Assembly: GCA_964605655.1 (NCBI GenBank)
Contig: CAZSDK010000011.1
Location: 37,972 to 101,971 of the forward strand
Source: an uncultured Bacteroidales bacterium
Lineage (GTDB): Bacteria; Bacteroidota; Bacteroidia; Bacteroidales; CAIXZF01
Direction: 5' to 3'
DNA length: 64,000 bases
Shown here: piece after piece, positions 51,401 through 58,954 of the stretch
How positions within the stretch are numbered: the stretch's first letter is position 1
Layout: each line of letters opens with the position of its first letter
The notes under the pieces: model-generated
Databases searched by the model: none
What the model was told of the DNA's origin: nothing
What the model saw: the letters and a program-made list of their open reading frames with translations, nothing else
Made by a program: the position numbers and the translations under genes

Positions 51401-54034
51401 ACTGTGACCAATATCATGTCATCTCCCTACACGATTACCTCGTCACCTACTGTTAATAAACAGTACTCCATTGTCAGTATGAACGATGCCTTCTGTAATG
51501 CCTCCAGTGTAGGCAACCCGGTGACGCAAGTAGTGTACCCGCTGCCCACGGCAGTGCTTTCTGTGAGTCCTTCATCATCTACTATTTGTAGTGGAGTCGC
51601 TGTACCTCTCAATGTGCACTTTACCGGTATGGCTCCCTGGGAAATTACCTACACCGATGGCACCAATCAGTATACCGTATCCAATATTTATAATGGCTAC
51701 TATACGCTAATTGTGAATCCCACAGTGACTTGTGCGTACAGCCTGGTTTCTGTGAACGACCTTCGTTGTGAGGGAACAGTGAGCGGGGTAGCCAATATTC
51801 TGGTCCATCCCAGGCCGACTGCCAATTGGGGAGGTTCTGATTCTGCCTGTAATGGTTCAAATGTGGTATTGAACATCAACCTCACGGGTACGGCACCCTG
51901 GCAGCTGATCTGGAACGACGGTGCCAACCATCCTGTTCAAAGCGTCCTCTACAATCCTTATACCGTTTCCTCCCAGATCATTAACGATAAGACCTTTGTC
52001 GTGACTTACCTTCAGGATGCATTCTGCCAGGCAATGACACAGCAACAGCTGGGAGCACCTAAGATCGTCACCAGCCATGATTTGCCAACAGCCACCTTGA
52101 CGGGTCCTTCATCGACCTGTTACGGTGTGGGTGGAGATCTGGAAATACAGCTCACAGGATCGGCTCCATGGACGGTTGTTTGGTACGAAGGATTACAATC
52201 ACATACCATAAATAATATTATAAGCTCCCCCTACCTGATCCATATTGATCCGAATAACACAACCAGCTACTTTATTTCGGCAGTCTCCGACGCACTTTGC
52301 CTTGGCACGGTGCAGGGAACTCCTCTTACGGTTACTGTCAATGTTTCCCCGGTCTTCCAGTTGATCGGCCTGGCCGATACCAACCAGGTTTGTTCTGCAC
52401 AGGATTTTACCTTCCAAGTTGATATCCTGGACGGGGTACCACCCTTCCATCTTAACTATCTTGACTTCAACAATGATACGGTGACCATCGAGAACATCAC
52501 TGACATGATGGACCTACATATTACTCCTCCCAATATTTCCGGTAAGTACAACTACCAGATTTTATCGATCGGAAGTGGCAACGGTTGCGAAATTTACTTG
52601 TACCAGAACTTTGTCATACATGTGATCCCCGCACCTGTCATCGACGCAGGGCCTGATATGACCATTACACTGGGGAATTCTGCCGTATTGAACGGCTCTA
52701 TTAACGGGGGTATCCCACCCTATACTATCTTATGGCAGCCTGCCGATTACCTAGACGATCCGACCAGTCTCAACCCTACCTGCACACCCCTTGAGGATAT
52801 CCTTTATACCCTTTATGTTAGTGATAGCATCGGTTGCCAGATATCTGACCAGGTATTCATCACCATTGATATGAGCAGGAACATTTTCGGGTATGTTACT
52901 TACGATAATACTGCCTCCACTCCGATGACCAATGTAAGAATTGAGGTTCGGACAGCCCAGAATGTGGCGGTAGATACTGCCTACACAGACACACAGGGGC
53001 ACTATACGTTTACTGATCTGCCCACTGGTTCATTCATACTCAAAGGATTCACCGACAAGCCTTTTGGAGGAGTGAACTCGACAGATGCACTGCTCATCCT
53101 GAAACACTTTGTTCAGATGCAGCTGCTGACAGGACATAAATTACCTGCTTCTGATGTGGATGGCACCAACTACATCAATGCCATTGATGCATTGTATGTT
53201 TCCAAACGTTTTACGGGTCAGCTTTCATCATTTATCACCGGAGACTGGTACTTCTCCCCGCAGAGCTTTACCATCCCGACCAACGTGGCCCAGTTTGACA
53301 TCAAATCACTGGTGTACGGTGATGCTAACGGTTCCTACAATCCTCCCGCAAAACTCAACCCGGGTGTGACTCTTACCGGTTTTTCGGAAATCAACGCAGA
53401 TGCTCATGGTGATGCTGTTATCCCCGTTTCCGTCGACCGTCCCTTGGAACTTGGAGCCATCTCCCTTGTCCTGGGCTACCCTGAAGAATCATTCACGGTC
53501 ACCGGGGTCAGCCTGGCCAATGGAATGCCACTCACCTATACAGCTGAAGACGGGAACCTTCGTATCTCCTGGTACGACGTGAATCCTTTAAGAATGGGTG
53601 CTTTTGATCCGATGATCCTTATCAATGTCCACCTTCTTGGAACCCTTCCTGAAGACCTCCTCTTCAGCCTGAGACAGGAAAGTGAACTGGCTGATCCCGC
53701 AGCTGAGGTAATAACAGAAGCCGGACTTCTAATCCCGAAACTGGTGAAGAACACTCCTTCCTCTGCTGAGTTGTACGTGAATTATCCCAACCCTTTCAAC
53801 AGCCAGACCCAGATTTCATATTTCCTTCCCCAGGAAGGCCAGGTGAGACTTTCGGTGATGGATGCACTGGGTAAAGAGATGTCAGTCGTCCTTCGTGAAA
53901 CCCAGTCAGCCGGTACTCATACCCTCGTGTTTGATGCTTCTGACCTCCCGTCAGGTGTTTACATGTATAAACTACAATACACCCATGGACAACAGGAAGT
54001 ACAGCTGATCAGGAAGATGACCGTAATCAAATAG
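45479..54034 (+). CDS. 2851-aa T9SS type-A cargo adhesin (SprB-repeat array, second Ig-like repeat array, CarboxypepD_reg / dockerin-like / cohesin-like module, CTD)
   Basis: Uninterrupted 8.5-kb ORF with a signal peptide. 23 SprB-type units. Six ~90-aa units with the TGxxPW motif. C-terminal YPNPFNSQTQISYFLPQEGQVRLSVMDALGKE...GVYMYKL...KMTVIK. Confidence 0.9.
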   Translation: MKKHIYLLLTTTLVLIAVMFTGTAVRATQIQEISGVVTDVSCYLENDGAIDITVTGGIAPYNYYWSDGSSQEDRVNILAGIYTVTVHDADGHYASNSFQVNQPSPIYLEVTVLPPTCYGANNGGIDLTVFGGTAPYTFLWSNGSTDEDPQNLVSGIYQFEITDVNGCNLIGDIEVPGPEFSFDLTLNPTDVLCFGSNTGSISLNMSGGTAPYSFLWSDGVTEQNRTDLYAGFYYVTVTDATNSCTAGSVIINQPDPLDLFSLQENVTCAGEQTGMLDITVTGGTPGYNYFWTNGLNTEDLINIGIGYYSVIVVDANGCQITGGPFTITAPPSLNVSYDQTEVSCYGGNDGTISVSVTGGIPPYTYSWSNGDTTENIADLTAGTYNLTITDSLGCTSNQFFLLTEPEAIVSNGMVDQVSCYGEHDGMILLYTTGGNPPYTYLWSNGATVPNLYYVGQGTYTVTITDSDNCSAVESFVVTQPQFMWAGGVVHHIHCPGGSDGEILVSVFGGTPPYSFLWNDGFTGPIRLNMAAGHYTITATDVQGCYTSTYFDVIEPEPFIYHPVINNVSCFGGNDGSIDINLTGGTAGYSYAWNTGATTPGISGLTIGAYSVTITDSRSCTSDTTINITQPELLTLGGTTAPSRCPGQNLGFIYPEVQGGTTPYSYLWNDGSTAATRDSVFAGTYTLTVTDAEGCDETMSYTVTEPPAFGFNEAIVHISCNGLSDGSINTNFEGGTPPYTFLWSTGSTDTFLLDIPSGFYTLTVSDHAGCDISNTFEVTQPDVLDALLDVTDVSCFDGTDGAINLVPSGGTLPYTFLWNTGATTEDLDGLEAGNYQVTITDDHGCFFKTEATISEPSQLVSGGDQTDNICYSAAEGTITLTVSGGVPAYSFDWSDGNDNQDRTGLLAGDYSVTVTDQNGCTNLVDFTITEPTAVVVTPSISHVNCFGENNGSITTLTAGGTPEYEYLWNNGEITSDISNLIAGTYELTVTDGNLCQTVFSFDVNEPDLLQANGTVTNITCFNDNDGIISLDPLGGTSPYSFLWNTGETDAEITDLEPGVYSVTVTDDHSCTDVVSYEVTQPGLLTIDATVVPISCYSAHNGSISLIISGGTPDYSFEWSTGSGQQDLSGLEPGTYSVTVTDSHNCTATATYDILEPSEIISLVATPQNVSCNGENDGIINLYVSGGTPDYSYAWSHGSTDQNPSGLAAGMYTVTVTDNALLCSTLDVEITQPDILTGEGVITDALCAGSADGTITLTVTGGTELYSYTWSNGATSKDVDGLTAGPYSVTITDAHNCTNVLSFSVGQPEELSAVEDITHISCNAIADGKIELTTTGGTPGYTWNWNTGDTDEDLDGLLPGTYSVTITDTHNCSFTANYEVTQPDVLYLSLDELNPVLCHGGNNGSIYLTTNGGTAPYTYLWNDGNTDEDRTELIAGTYFVTVTDAHECIDVKEFLMTETNVLSINGEILNIKCNGALTGQINVTTTGGSEPYTYLWNDGMTGETRQQLAAGIYQVTATDNVGCTETATFEVTQPQLITITEVITAVSCYHDHDGSITTEVTGGIEPYNYYWSDGSSEPNLEMILAGTYTLTVSDLAECQIVETYEVTEPLPVTGNVSPSDQVLICSGNEIVPITFVADYYPESSVSIEWTRDHVADVTGISASGTGPVTGSLVNTTFADVTVTITMTVTVNGCPAGVHTAYVHIAPALDIVFTHGPIECYGDQVLVNVQAIGGIPPYTGQQSLYLGAGTYYFTVHDYWGCSVTRFLTLTSPPDLNIGGMINPAFCSNQPNGAIMTSVTGGVGPYTYLWSDGSTNVNRVNVVSGMYTVTVTDANECAKTHTYNLGSYFVAPQAFLNASPVGCYGQPNPLYINLTGTPPWNIVYTDGTNSYPVTGINTMNYVVYHTINQPTTFQLVSVTDIHCSGNINSMPVTITPVTPPTASMVVPQPICKGETSNITVNFTGTAPWDFTWNDGSNHTVTNIMSSPYTITSSPTVNKQYSIVSMNDAFCNASSVGNPVTQVVYPLPTAVLSVSPSSSTICSGVAVPLNVHFTGMAPWEITYTDGTNQYTVSNIYNGYYTLIVNPTVTCAYSLVSVNDLRCEGTVSGVANILVHPRPTANWGGSDSACNGSNVVLNINLTGTAPWQLIWNDGANHPVQSVLYNPYTVSSQIINDKTFVVTYLQDAFCQAMTQQQLGAPKIVTSHDLPTATLTGPSSTCYGVGGDLEIQLTGSAPWTVVWYEGLQSHTINNIISSPYLIHIDPNNTTSYFISAVSDALCLGTVQGTPLTVTVNVSPVFQLIGLADTNQVCSAQDFTFQVDILDGVPPFHLNYLDFNNDTVTIENITDMMDLHITPPNISGKYNYQILSIGSGNGCEIYLYQNFVIHVIPAPVIDAGPDMTITLGNSAVLNGSINGGIPPYTILWQPADYLDDPTSLNPTCTPLEDILYTLYVSDSIGCQISDQVFITIDMSRNIFGYVTYDNTASTPMTNVRIEVRTAQNVAVDTAYTDTQGHYTFTDLPTGSFILKGFTDKPFGGVNSTDALLILKHFVQMQLLTGHKLPASDVDGTNYINAIDALYVSKRFTGQLSSFITGDWYFSPQSFTIPTNVAQFDIKSLVYGDANGSYNPPAKLNPGVTLTGFSEINADAHGDAVIPVSVDRPLELGAISLVLGYPEESFTVTGVSLANGMPLTYTAEDGNLRISWYDVNPLRMGAFDPMILINVHLLGTLPEDLLFSLRQESELADPAAEVITEAGLLIPKLVKNTPSSAELYVNYPNPFNSQTQISYFLPQEGQVRLSVMDALGKEMSVVLRETQSAGTHTLVFDASDLPSGVYMYKLQYTHGQQEVQLIRKMTVIK
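45596..50299 (+). repeat. 21 contiguous SprB-type repeats (~75 aa each) inside the adhesin ORF
   Basis: Each unit reads CxGxxxGxIxxxxxGGxxPYxYxWSxG...LxAGxYxVTVTDxxxC...(T/V)xP. I listed 21 consecutive copies. 4704 nt / 21 = 224 nt per unit. The copies are diverged at the nucleotide level. Confidence 0.9.
51017..52636 (+). repeat. six ~90-aa repeats of a second domain type (CxG...(L/F)TGxxPWxxx(Y/W)xDG...)
   Basis: Units begin PQAFLNASPVGCYGQ, PPTASMVVPQPICKGE, LPTAVLSVSPSSSTICSGV, RPTANWGGSDSACNGS, LPTATLTGPSSTCYGV, SPVFQLIGLADTNQVCSAQ. The core motifs are LTGTPPWNIVYTDG, FTGTAPWDFTWNDG, FTGMAPWEITYTDG, LTGTAPWQLIWNDG, LTGSAPWTVVWYEG and the degenerate LDGVPPFHLNYLD. Confidence 0.85.
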
Positions 54035-54059
54035 GCGGATCAATCCGTGATTTGCAGAA

Positions 54060-54094
54060 AGAGGGTGACTCAACGGGCCACCCTTTTTCTTTTT
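54060..54094 (+). terminator. probable Rho-independent terminator after the adhesin gene
   Basis: Stem AGGGTG (54062-67) / CACCCT (54079-84) followed by TTTTCTTTTT. Confidence 0.5.
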
Positions 54095-54144
54095 AAATTT
54101 TGAAGTATTTTTTTATCTTTTCAGGTTTGCAATTTATTTTTTCT

Positions 54145-54152
54145 TACCTTTG
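54145..54152 (+). promoter_or_regulatory. -7 promoter box (TACCTTTG) upstream of rpsU
   Basis: TAnnTTTG match, 34 nt upstream of ATG 54186. TTTG at 54126-29 is a possible -33 element. Confidence 0.55.
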
Positions 54153-54185
54153 CACCCCTGAATTCAACAAGAAAGAGTAACATTT

Positions 54186-54383
54186 ATGATCATTGTTCCG
54201 GTAAAGGAAGGCGAAAACATCGACAGAGCCTTAAAAAAACTGAAAAGGAAATTTGAGAAGACCGGCGTGGTAAAAGAACTGCGTGAGCGTCAAAAGTTTA
54301 CCAAACCTTCTGTAAAGAGAAGGGATGAAGTTTTAAAGGCTGTCTACATCCAACAGCTTCATCAACAATCGGATAACAGCTGA
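54186..54383 (+). CDS. rpsU: 30S ribosomal protein S21
   Basis: MIIVPVKEGENIDRALKKLKRKFEKTGVVKELRERQKFTKPSVKRR. Confidence 0.95.
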   Translation: MIIVPVKEGENIDRALKKLKRKFEKTGVVKELRERQKFTKPSVKRRDEVLKAVYIQQLHQQSDNS

Positions 54384-54490
54384 TTATTGATCTCTTAATT
54401 ACCCCTCCTTGATAAAAATAATTCCAGAGACTTGATTTTTCTGGAATTTATTCTTACTTTTATTCCTGGATTTGCTACTATTGTCTCTTC

Positions 54491-55390
54491 ATGCTCCAAG
54501 AAAAAGCTGTATCCTTCATACAGTATATTACTTACGAAAAAAGGTATTCTCTTCACACGGTGCAGGCGTATACCAAAGACCTGGAGCAGTTTAACGATTT
54601 TCTTGACACCATGTATCCGGACCTCCACCTGCTGGAGGTGGATCATACCATGATCCGTTCCTGGTTGGTCGCTTTGATGAACCAGCCCATAACAGCGCGG
54701 AGTATTCAGCGTAAAATGACAACCCTGAAGAGTTTTTTTCGGTTCCTTCTGAAACAAGGGCTTTTGGATGTCAACCCCATGAACCGGGTTGTAGCCCCAA
54801 AGGTGTCTAAACGCCTGCCCGAGTTTATTGAGGAGGAGTCCATGGATATCATTTGGCAGAACTTTGAAGATACCGATAACTACCTGGTATTCAGAGATCA
54901 GCTCATCATGGAGGTCTTTTATGCCACGGGCATGAGACGAGCAGAACTGATCCTTTTAAAAGAATCGGATATTAATTTTGGAAATTCGACGTTAAAGGTT
55001 TTAGGTAAAAGAAATAAGGAACGGCTCATCCCCTTTGGTGGCCATCTGGCCCTGTTACTTAAGAAATTCTTAAAGGTCAAACAAAGCCATTTCCAGGATG
55101 TTGAAGGAACAGAAGACCGTTTGTTTTTAAGCAAAAAAGGTAAGATTTTGAACCCAAGGGAATTATACAGGATAGTGAACGAGTTATTGGAAAAATATGC
55201 GAAGTCGGAAAAAAAGAGCCCTCATGTGCTGAGGCATACCTTCGCCACCCATATGTTAAACAAGGGTGCCGATCTGAATGCCATCAAGGAGATACTGGGC
55301 CATGCCAGCCTGGCGGCGACCCAGATTTACACCCATAATACCATTGAGAAGTTGAAAAGAATATATGAACAAGCCCATCCCAGGGCATAA
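54491..55390 (+). CDS. tyrosine recombinase, XerC/XerD type
   Basis: N-terminal SAM-like domain (YSLHTVQAYTKDLEQF). Catalytic ATGMRRAEL, HVLRHTFATHML and GHASLAATQIYTH. The conserved position between rpsU and hpf argues for a housekeeping Xer rather than a mobile-element integrase. Confidence 0.85.
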   Translation: MLQEKAVSFIQYITYEKRYSLHTVQAYTKDLEQFNDFLDTMYPDLHLLEVDHTMIRSWLVALMNQPITARSIQRKMTTLKSFFRFLLKQGLLDVNPMNRVVAPKVSKRLPEFIEEESMDIIWQNFEDTDNYLVFRDQLIMEVFYATGMRRAELILLKESDINFGNSTLKVLGKRNKERLIPFGGHLALLLKKFLKVKQSHFQDVEGTEDRLFLSKKGKILNPRELYRIVNELLEKYAKSEKKSPHVLRHTFATHMLNKGADLNAIKEILGHASLAATQIYTHNTIEKLKRIYEQAHPRA

Positions 55391-55404
55391 ACAAAGGAGG
55401 TTCT

Positions 55405-55704
55405 ATGAAAATAAACATCAATGCTGTTCATTTCAGGACAGATAAAAAGTTGGATGATTACATCAGCGACAAAGTGACTAAGCTTCACCAGTATTTTGAA
55501 GGTGTAATCGGGAGTGAGGTAACCTTACGTTTAGACAGTAATGATAAAGTCAAAGACAAGATTGTGGAGATCAGGGTGATGATTCCTGGGAATGACCTTT
55601 ATGCTAAAAAGGAGAGCAAGTCGTTTGAGGAAGCCACCACACAGGCTGTGGAGGCACTGAAGAAGCAATTGACCAAATACAAAGATAAAATCAGGGGTAT
55701 CTGA
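55405..55704 (+). CDS. hpf: ribosome hibernation promoting factor / RaiA (short form)
   Basis: 99 aa. MKININAVHFRTDKKLDDYISDKVTKL...FEEATTQAVEALKKQL. Confidence 0.85.
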   Translation: MKININAVHFRTDKKLDDYISDKVTKLHQYFEGVIGSEVTLRLDSNDKVKDKIVEIRVMIPGNDLYAKKESKSFEEATTQAVEALKKQLTKYKDKIRGI

Positions 55705-55754
55705 GCAATATTTTTTGGTATTTTTTTGTTTGTAAGAGATTTCTTTCTATTTTT

Positions 55755-55787
55755 GCAGTCCTTTTTCGTAAAGGACTGCTTTTTTTA
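55755..55787 (+). terminator. Rho-independent terminator after hpf
   Basis: 10-bp stem GCAGTCCTTT / AAAGGACTGC with a 5-nt loop, followed by T7. Confidence 0.8.
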
Positions 55788-55790
55788 TAT

Positions 55791-55864
55791 GCCGATGTAG
55801 CTCAGCTGGCCAGAGCAGCTGATTTGTAATCAGCTGGTCGGCGGTTCGAATCCGTCCATCGGCT
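55791..55864 (+). tRNA. tRNA-Thr (anticodon TGT)
   Basis: Acceptor GCCGATG/CATCGGC. Anticodon stem GCTGA/TCAGC with loop TTTGTAA. T loop TTCGAAT. Confidence 0.9.
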
Positions 55865-55885
55865 CAGTTCTTTGAAAAAAATAAC

Positions 55886-55967
55886 GGGGAGATACCAGAG
55901 CGGTCAAATGGGGCAGACTGTAAATCTGTTGGCGAAGCCTTCGGAGGTTCGAATCCTCCTCTCCCCA
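55886..55967 (+). tRNA. tRNA-Tyr (anticodon GTA)
   Basis: Acceptor GGGGAGA/TCTCCCC. Anticodon loop CTGTAAA. Long variable arm. T arm GGAGG-TTCGAAT-CCTCC. Confidence 0.9.
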
Positions 55968-55970
55968 CAC

Positions 55971-56043
55971 GCGGAAATAGCTCATTTGGTAGAGCGACAG
56001 CCTTCCAAGCTGTAGGTGGCGGGTTCGAGCCCCGTTTTCCGCT
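55971..56043 (+). tRNA. tRNA-Gly (anticodon TCC)
   Basis: Acceptor GCGGAAA/TTTCCGC. Anticodon stem ACAGC/GCTGT with loop CTTCCAA. T loop TTCGAGC. Confidence 0.9.
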
Positions 56044-56080
56044 CGGAACGTACACTTACAGCCCACACACACACCAACAT

Positions 56081-56155
56081 GCCGATGTAGCTCAGAGGTA
56101 GAGCACTTCCTTGGTAAGGAAGGGGTCACGAGTTCAAATCTCGTCATTGGCTCCA
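56081..56155 (+). tRNA. tRNA-Thr (anticodon GGT), CCA encoded
   Basis: Acceptor GCCGATG/CATTGGC. Anticodon stem CTTCC/GGAAG with loop TTGGTAA. T loop TTCAAAT. Followed by the discriminator T and CCA. Confidence 0.9.
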
Positions 56156-56206
56156 AATAAATCAACATAGAACTCATTTTGTATTAAATTTTATAATTAA
56201 GGTAAT

Positions 56207-57394
56207 ATGGCAAAAGAAAAATTCGTTCGTAGCAAACCCCACGTTAACGTAGGAACGATCGGTCACATCGACCACGGCAAAACCACCCTGACGGCCGCCA
56301 TTACTCTGGTACTGGCTGACAAGGGCTTATCAGAATTCAGGACTTTCGACTCCATTGACAATGCACCGGAAGAAAAAGAAAGAGGTATTACGATCAATAC
56401 CGCTCACATCGAGTATCAGACCGAAAACAGGCATTATGCACACGTCGACTGTCCTGGTCACGCCGACTATATTAAAAATATGGTCACCGGTGCTGCCCAG
56501 ATGGACGGTGCTATCCTCGTGGTTGCTGCCACTGATGGTCCCATGCCCCAGACCCGTGAACATATCCTTCTGGCACGCCAGGTAGGTGTTCCCAAACTGG
56601 TGGTTTTCATGAATAAAGTCGACCTGGTGGATGACGAAGAACTCCTCGACCTGGTGGAAATGGAAATCCGTGAGCTCCTTACCTTCTACGGTTTTGACGG
56701 AGACAGTGCACCTATTATCCGCGGCTCTGCTTTGGGCGGACTGAACAAAGAACCCAAATGGGTTGAAAAAATCATGGAACTGATGGCCGCAGTGGATACC
56801 TACATCCCCTTACCCACCCGTGACGTTGATAAAGACTTCCTCATGCCAGTGGAAGACGTATTCTCTATCACCGGCCGTGGTACCGTTGCCACCGGAAGGA
56901 TTGAAACCGGTGTCATCAACTCGGGTGACCCTGTCGAAATCATCGGGATGGGTGCTGAGAAACTCAAATCAGTGGTGACAGGAGTCGAAATGTTCCGTAA
57001 GATCCTCGACCGCGGAGAAGCTGGTGACAACAGTGGCTTGCTGCTCAGAGGTATTGACAAGGATGAGATCCGTCGTGGTATGGTCATTGCCAAGCCGGGT
57101 TCCATTAAACCTCACAGACATTTCAAAGCCAAGGTGTATATCCTTAAGAAAGAAGAAGGCGGAAGACATACTCCGTTCCACAACAGGTACCGTCCTCAGT
57201 TCTACTTCAGGACCACCGACGTTACAGGTGAGATCGTACTGCCCGAAGGCATTGAAATGATTATGCCCGGTGATAACCTCACCATTGAAGTAAAATTGAT
57301 CAGCGAAATCGCCATGAACATGAACCTCAGGTTCGCTATCCGCGAAGGTGGCAGAACCGTAGGTGCCGGTCAGGTAACAGAAATCCTCGATTAA
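56207..57394 (+). CDS. tuf: elongation factor Tu
   Basis: 395 aa with [18 protein letters not shown] and NKVDLVDD. Confidence 0.98.
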   Translation: MAKEKFVRSKPHVNVGTIGHIDHGKTTLTAAITLVLADKGLSEFRTFDSIDNAPEEKERGITINTAHIEYQTENRHYAHVDCPGHADYIKNMVTGAAQMDGAILVVAATDGPMPQTREHILLARQVGVPKLVVFMNKVDLVDDEELLDLVEMEIRELLTFYGFDGDSAPIIRGSALGGLNKEPKWVEKIMELMAAVDTYIPLPTRDVDKDFLMPVEDVFSITGRGTVATGRIETGVINSGDPVEIIGMGAEKLKSVVTGVEMFRKILDRGEAGDNSGLLLRGIDKDEIRRGMVIAKPGSIKPHRHFKAKVYILKKEEGGRHTPFHNRYRPQFYFRTTDVTGEIVLPEGIEMIMPGDNLTIEVKLISEIAMNMNLRFAIREGGRTVGAGQVTEILD

Positions 57395-57427
57395 CATACC
57401 CTCAGGTAATAATATAAAGTGAGTTCA

Positions 57428-57459
57428 CAAAGGTGTCCCAGCAATGGGATACCTTTGTT
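57428..57459 (+). terminator. stem-loop downstream of tuf (possible terminator/processing site)
   Basis: 12-bp stem CAAAGGTGTCCC / GGGATACCTTTG (one G-U pair) with a 6-nt loop. The trailing T-run is weak. Confidence 0.45.
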
Positions 57460-57490
57460 ATCTAATGAAAAATACAAAAAGAAACACCGA

Positions 57491-57563
57491 ACGGGTGTAG
57501 CTCAACTGGTAGAGTGGCGGTCTCCAAAACCGTAGGCTGTGGGTTCGATTCCTACCACCCGTG
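57491..57563 (+). tRNA. tRNA-Trp (anticodon CCA)
   Basis: Acceptor ACGGGTG/CACCCGT. Anticodon stem GCGGT/ACCGT with loop CTCCAAA. T arm GTGGG-TTCGATT-CCTAC. Confidence 0.9.
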
Positions 57564-57578
57564 CAAATATTAGGTTAT

Positions 57579-57779
57579 ATGTCAGCATTTCAAAGTGTTA
57601 AAACGTATGTCAGGGAGAGTTATGATGAACTCATGCATAAGGTTTCCTGGCCTTCCTGGAATGAATTGCAAAGCAGTGCTATCGTAGTGTCCATTGCTTC
57701 CCTTATTATCGCGATCATCGTGTATCTGATGGACATTAGCTTCTCCACACTCCTGAAACAGTTTTATACGCTGTTTTAA
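57579..57779 (+). CDS. secE: preprotein translocase subunit SecE
   Basis: MSAFQSVKTYVRESYDELMHKVSWPSWNELQSSAIVV followed by a single TM helix. Conserved position between tRNA-Trp and nusG. The track start at 57561 overlaps the tRNA. Confidence 0.85.
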   Translation: MSAFQSVKTYVRESYDELMHKVSWPSWNELQSSAIVVSIASLIIAIIVYLMDISFSTLLKQFYTLF

Positions 57780-57840
57780 TTCAAACCGGAATAATCTAAT
57801 ATTAATTGTTTGATTCCACCTACTCAGGGATCACCAACGT

Positions 57841-58386
57841 ATGAGCGAACAGGATAATAAAAAATGGTACGTGATCCGAGCGATCAGCGGCAATGAAAAG
57901 AAGGTAAAACAATACCTTGAAAATGAAATTGCCAGGCTGAACCTGAAGGATTATATTTCGCAGATACTGATTCCGACTGAGAAAGTGTACCAGATCAGGA
58001 ATGGCAAGAAAGTGAGCAAGGAAAGGAACTTCTTTCCCGGATATGTGCTGATAGAAGCCATCCTGACCGGTGAGATCCCCCATATTATCAAGAACATTCC
58101 GGGCGTGCTTGGATTTCTTGGTACCAAAGGAGAACCTCACCCCCTGCGACCCGCTGAAGTGAACCGTATCCTGGGAAAAGTGGACGAACTTGCTGAACGA
58201 GGTGAAGAGATGACCGTGCCGTTTATTATCGGTGAGACAGTCACCGTGATTGACGGACCCTTTAACAGCTTTAGCGGTGTGATCGAAGAGATCAATGAAG
58301 AGAAAAAGAAGCTGAAAGTGATGGTTAAGATCTTCGGAAGGAAAACCCCGCTGGAACTTGGTTTCATGCAGGTTTCCAAAGAGTAG
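57841..58386 (+). CDS. nusG: transcription termination/antitermination factor NusG
   Basis: [24 protein letters not shown] and the KOW region [21 protein letters not shown]. Confidence 0.95.
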   Translation: MSEQDNKKWYVIRAISGNEKKVKQYLENEIARLNLKDYISQILIPTEKVYQIRNGKKVSKERNFFPGYVLIEAILTGEIPHIIKNIPGVLGFLGTKGEPHPLRPAEVNRILGKVDELAERGEEMTVPFIIGETVTVIDGPFNSFSGVIEEINEEKKKLKVMVKIFGRKTPLELGFMQVSKE

Positions 58387-58439
58387 CAAGCGGATGTCAG
58401 ACAAGAAAATGATCACCTAACTAAAACATCATCTTTACA

Positions 58440-58886
58440 ATGGCAAAAGAAGTTGCTGGATTGATCAAATTACAGATCAAAGGTGGTGCAGCCAATCCTT
58501 CACCTCCCGTTGGCCCCGCATTGGGTGCTAAAGGGGTGAACATCATGGAGTTCTGTAAACAGTTCAATGCTCGTACCCAGGACAATGCTGGAAAGCTGAT
58601 TCCTGTGATCATCACTGTTTATCGAGACAAGACTTTTGACTTTATCATTAAAAGTCCTCCCGTTGCTGTTCAGTTGATGGAAGCTGCCAAATTACAAAAA
58701 GGATCTCCTGAACCTAACCGAAACAAGGTGGGAACCGTTACCTGGGAACAGGTACAGGCTATAGCAGAAGTGAAAATGAATGACCTTAACTGCTTTACCC
58801 TGGAATCAGCCATGAGCATGGTTGCCGGAACCGCCAGAAGTATGGGTATTAACGTATCAGGAACCCCACCCATCTCCGGCGATTGA
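58440..58886 (+). CDS. rplK: 50S ribosomal protein L11
   Basis: [35 protein letters not shown]. Confidence 0.97.
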   Translation: MAKEVAGLIKLQIKGGAANPSPPVGPALGAKGVNIMEFCKQFNARTQDNAGKLIPVIITVYRDKTFDFIIKSPPVAVQLMEAAKLQKGSPEPNRNKVGTVTWEQVQAIAEVKMNDLNCFTLESAMSMVAGTARSMGINVSGTPPISGD

Positions 58887-58954
58887 TAAACCCCTGCAAT
58901 ATTGCAAGTGATTTATTAATCCTTTAAAACCCAACACCTTAAAACTATAAGGAA

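Noticed and set aside
54395-54757. 120-aa minus-strand ORF and a 73-aa plus-strand ORF near the xerC start.
   Set aside because: They overlap the Xer recombinase N-terminal domain, which aligns well with the family from ATG 54491.
55748-55755. A TATTTTTG -7-like box upstream of the tRNA-tuf cluster.
   Set aside because: It overlaps the 5' arm of the strong hpf terminator hairpin, and the predicted start would fall inside the stem. I cannot support it as a promoter without data.
56064-56074. (CA)n microsatellite between tRNA-Gly and tRNA-Thr.
   Set aside because: Only about five units in a tRNA spacer. Too short to argue for any function or instability.
55830-56177. 115-aa minus-strand ORF.
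   Set aside because: It spans the four-tRNA cluster (Thr, Tyr, Gly, Thr), so its translation is just tRNA sequence read antisense.
57561-57578. GTG-initiated N-terminal extension of secE from the ORF track.
   Set aside because: The extension overlaps the 3' end of tRNA-Trp. ATG at 57579 gives a SecE of normal length.
57820-58416. 198-aa minus-strand ORF.
   Set aside because: Antisense to nusG, which is supported by its KOW motif and conserved synteny.
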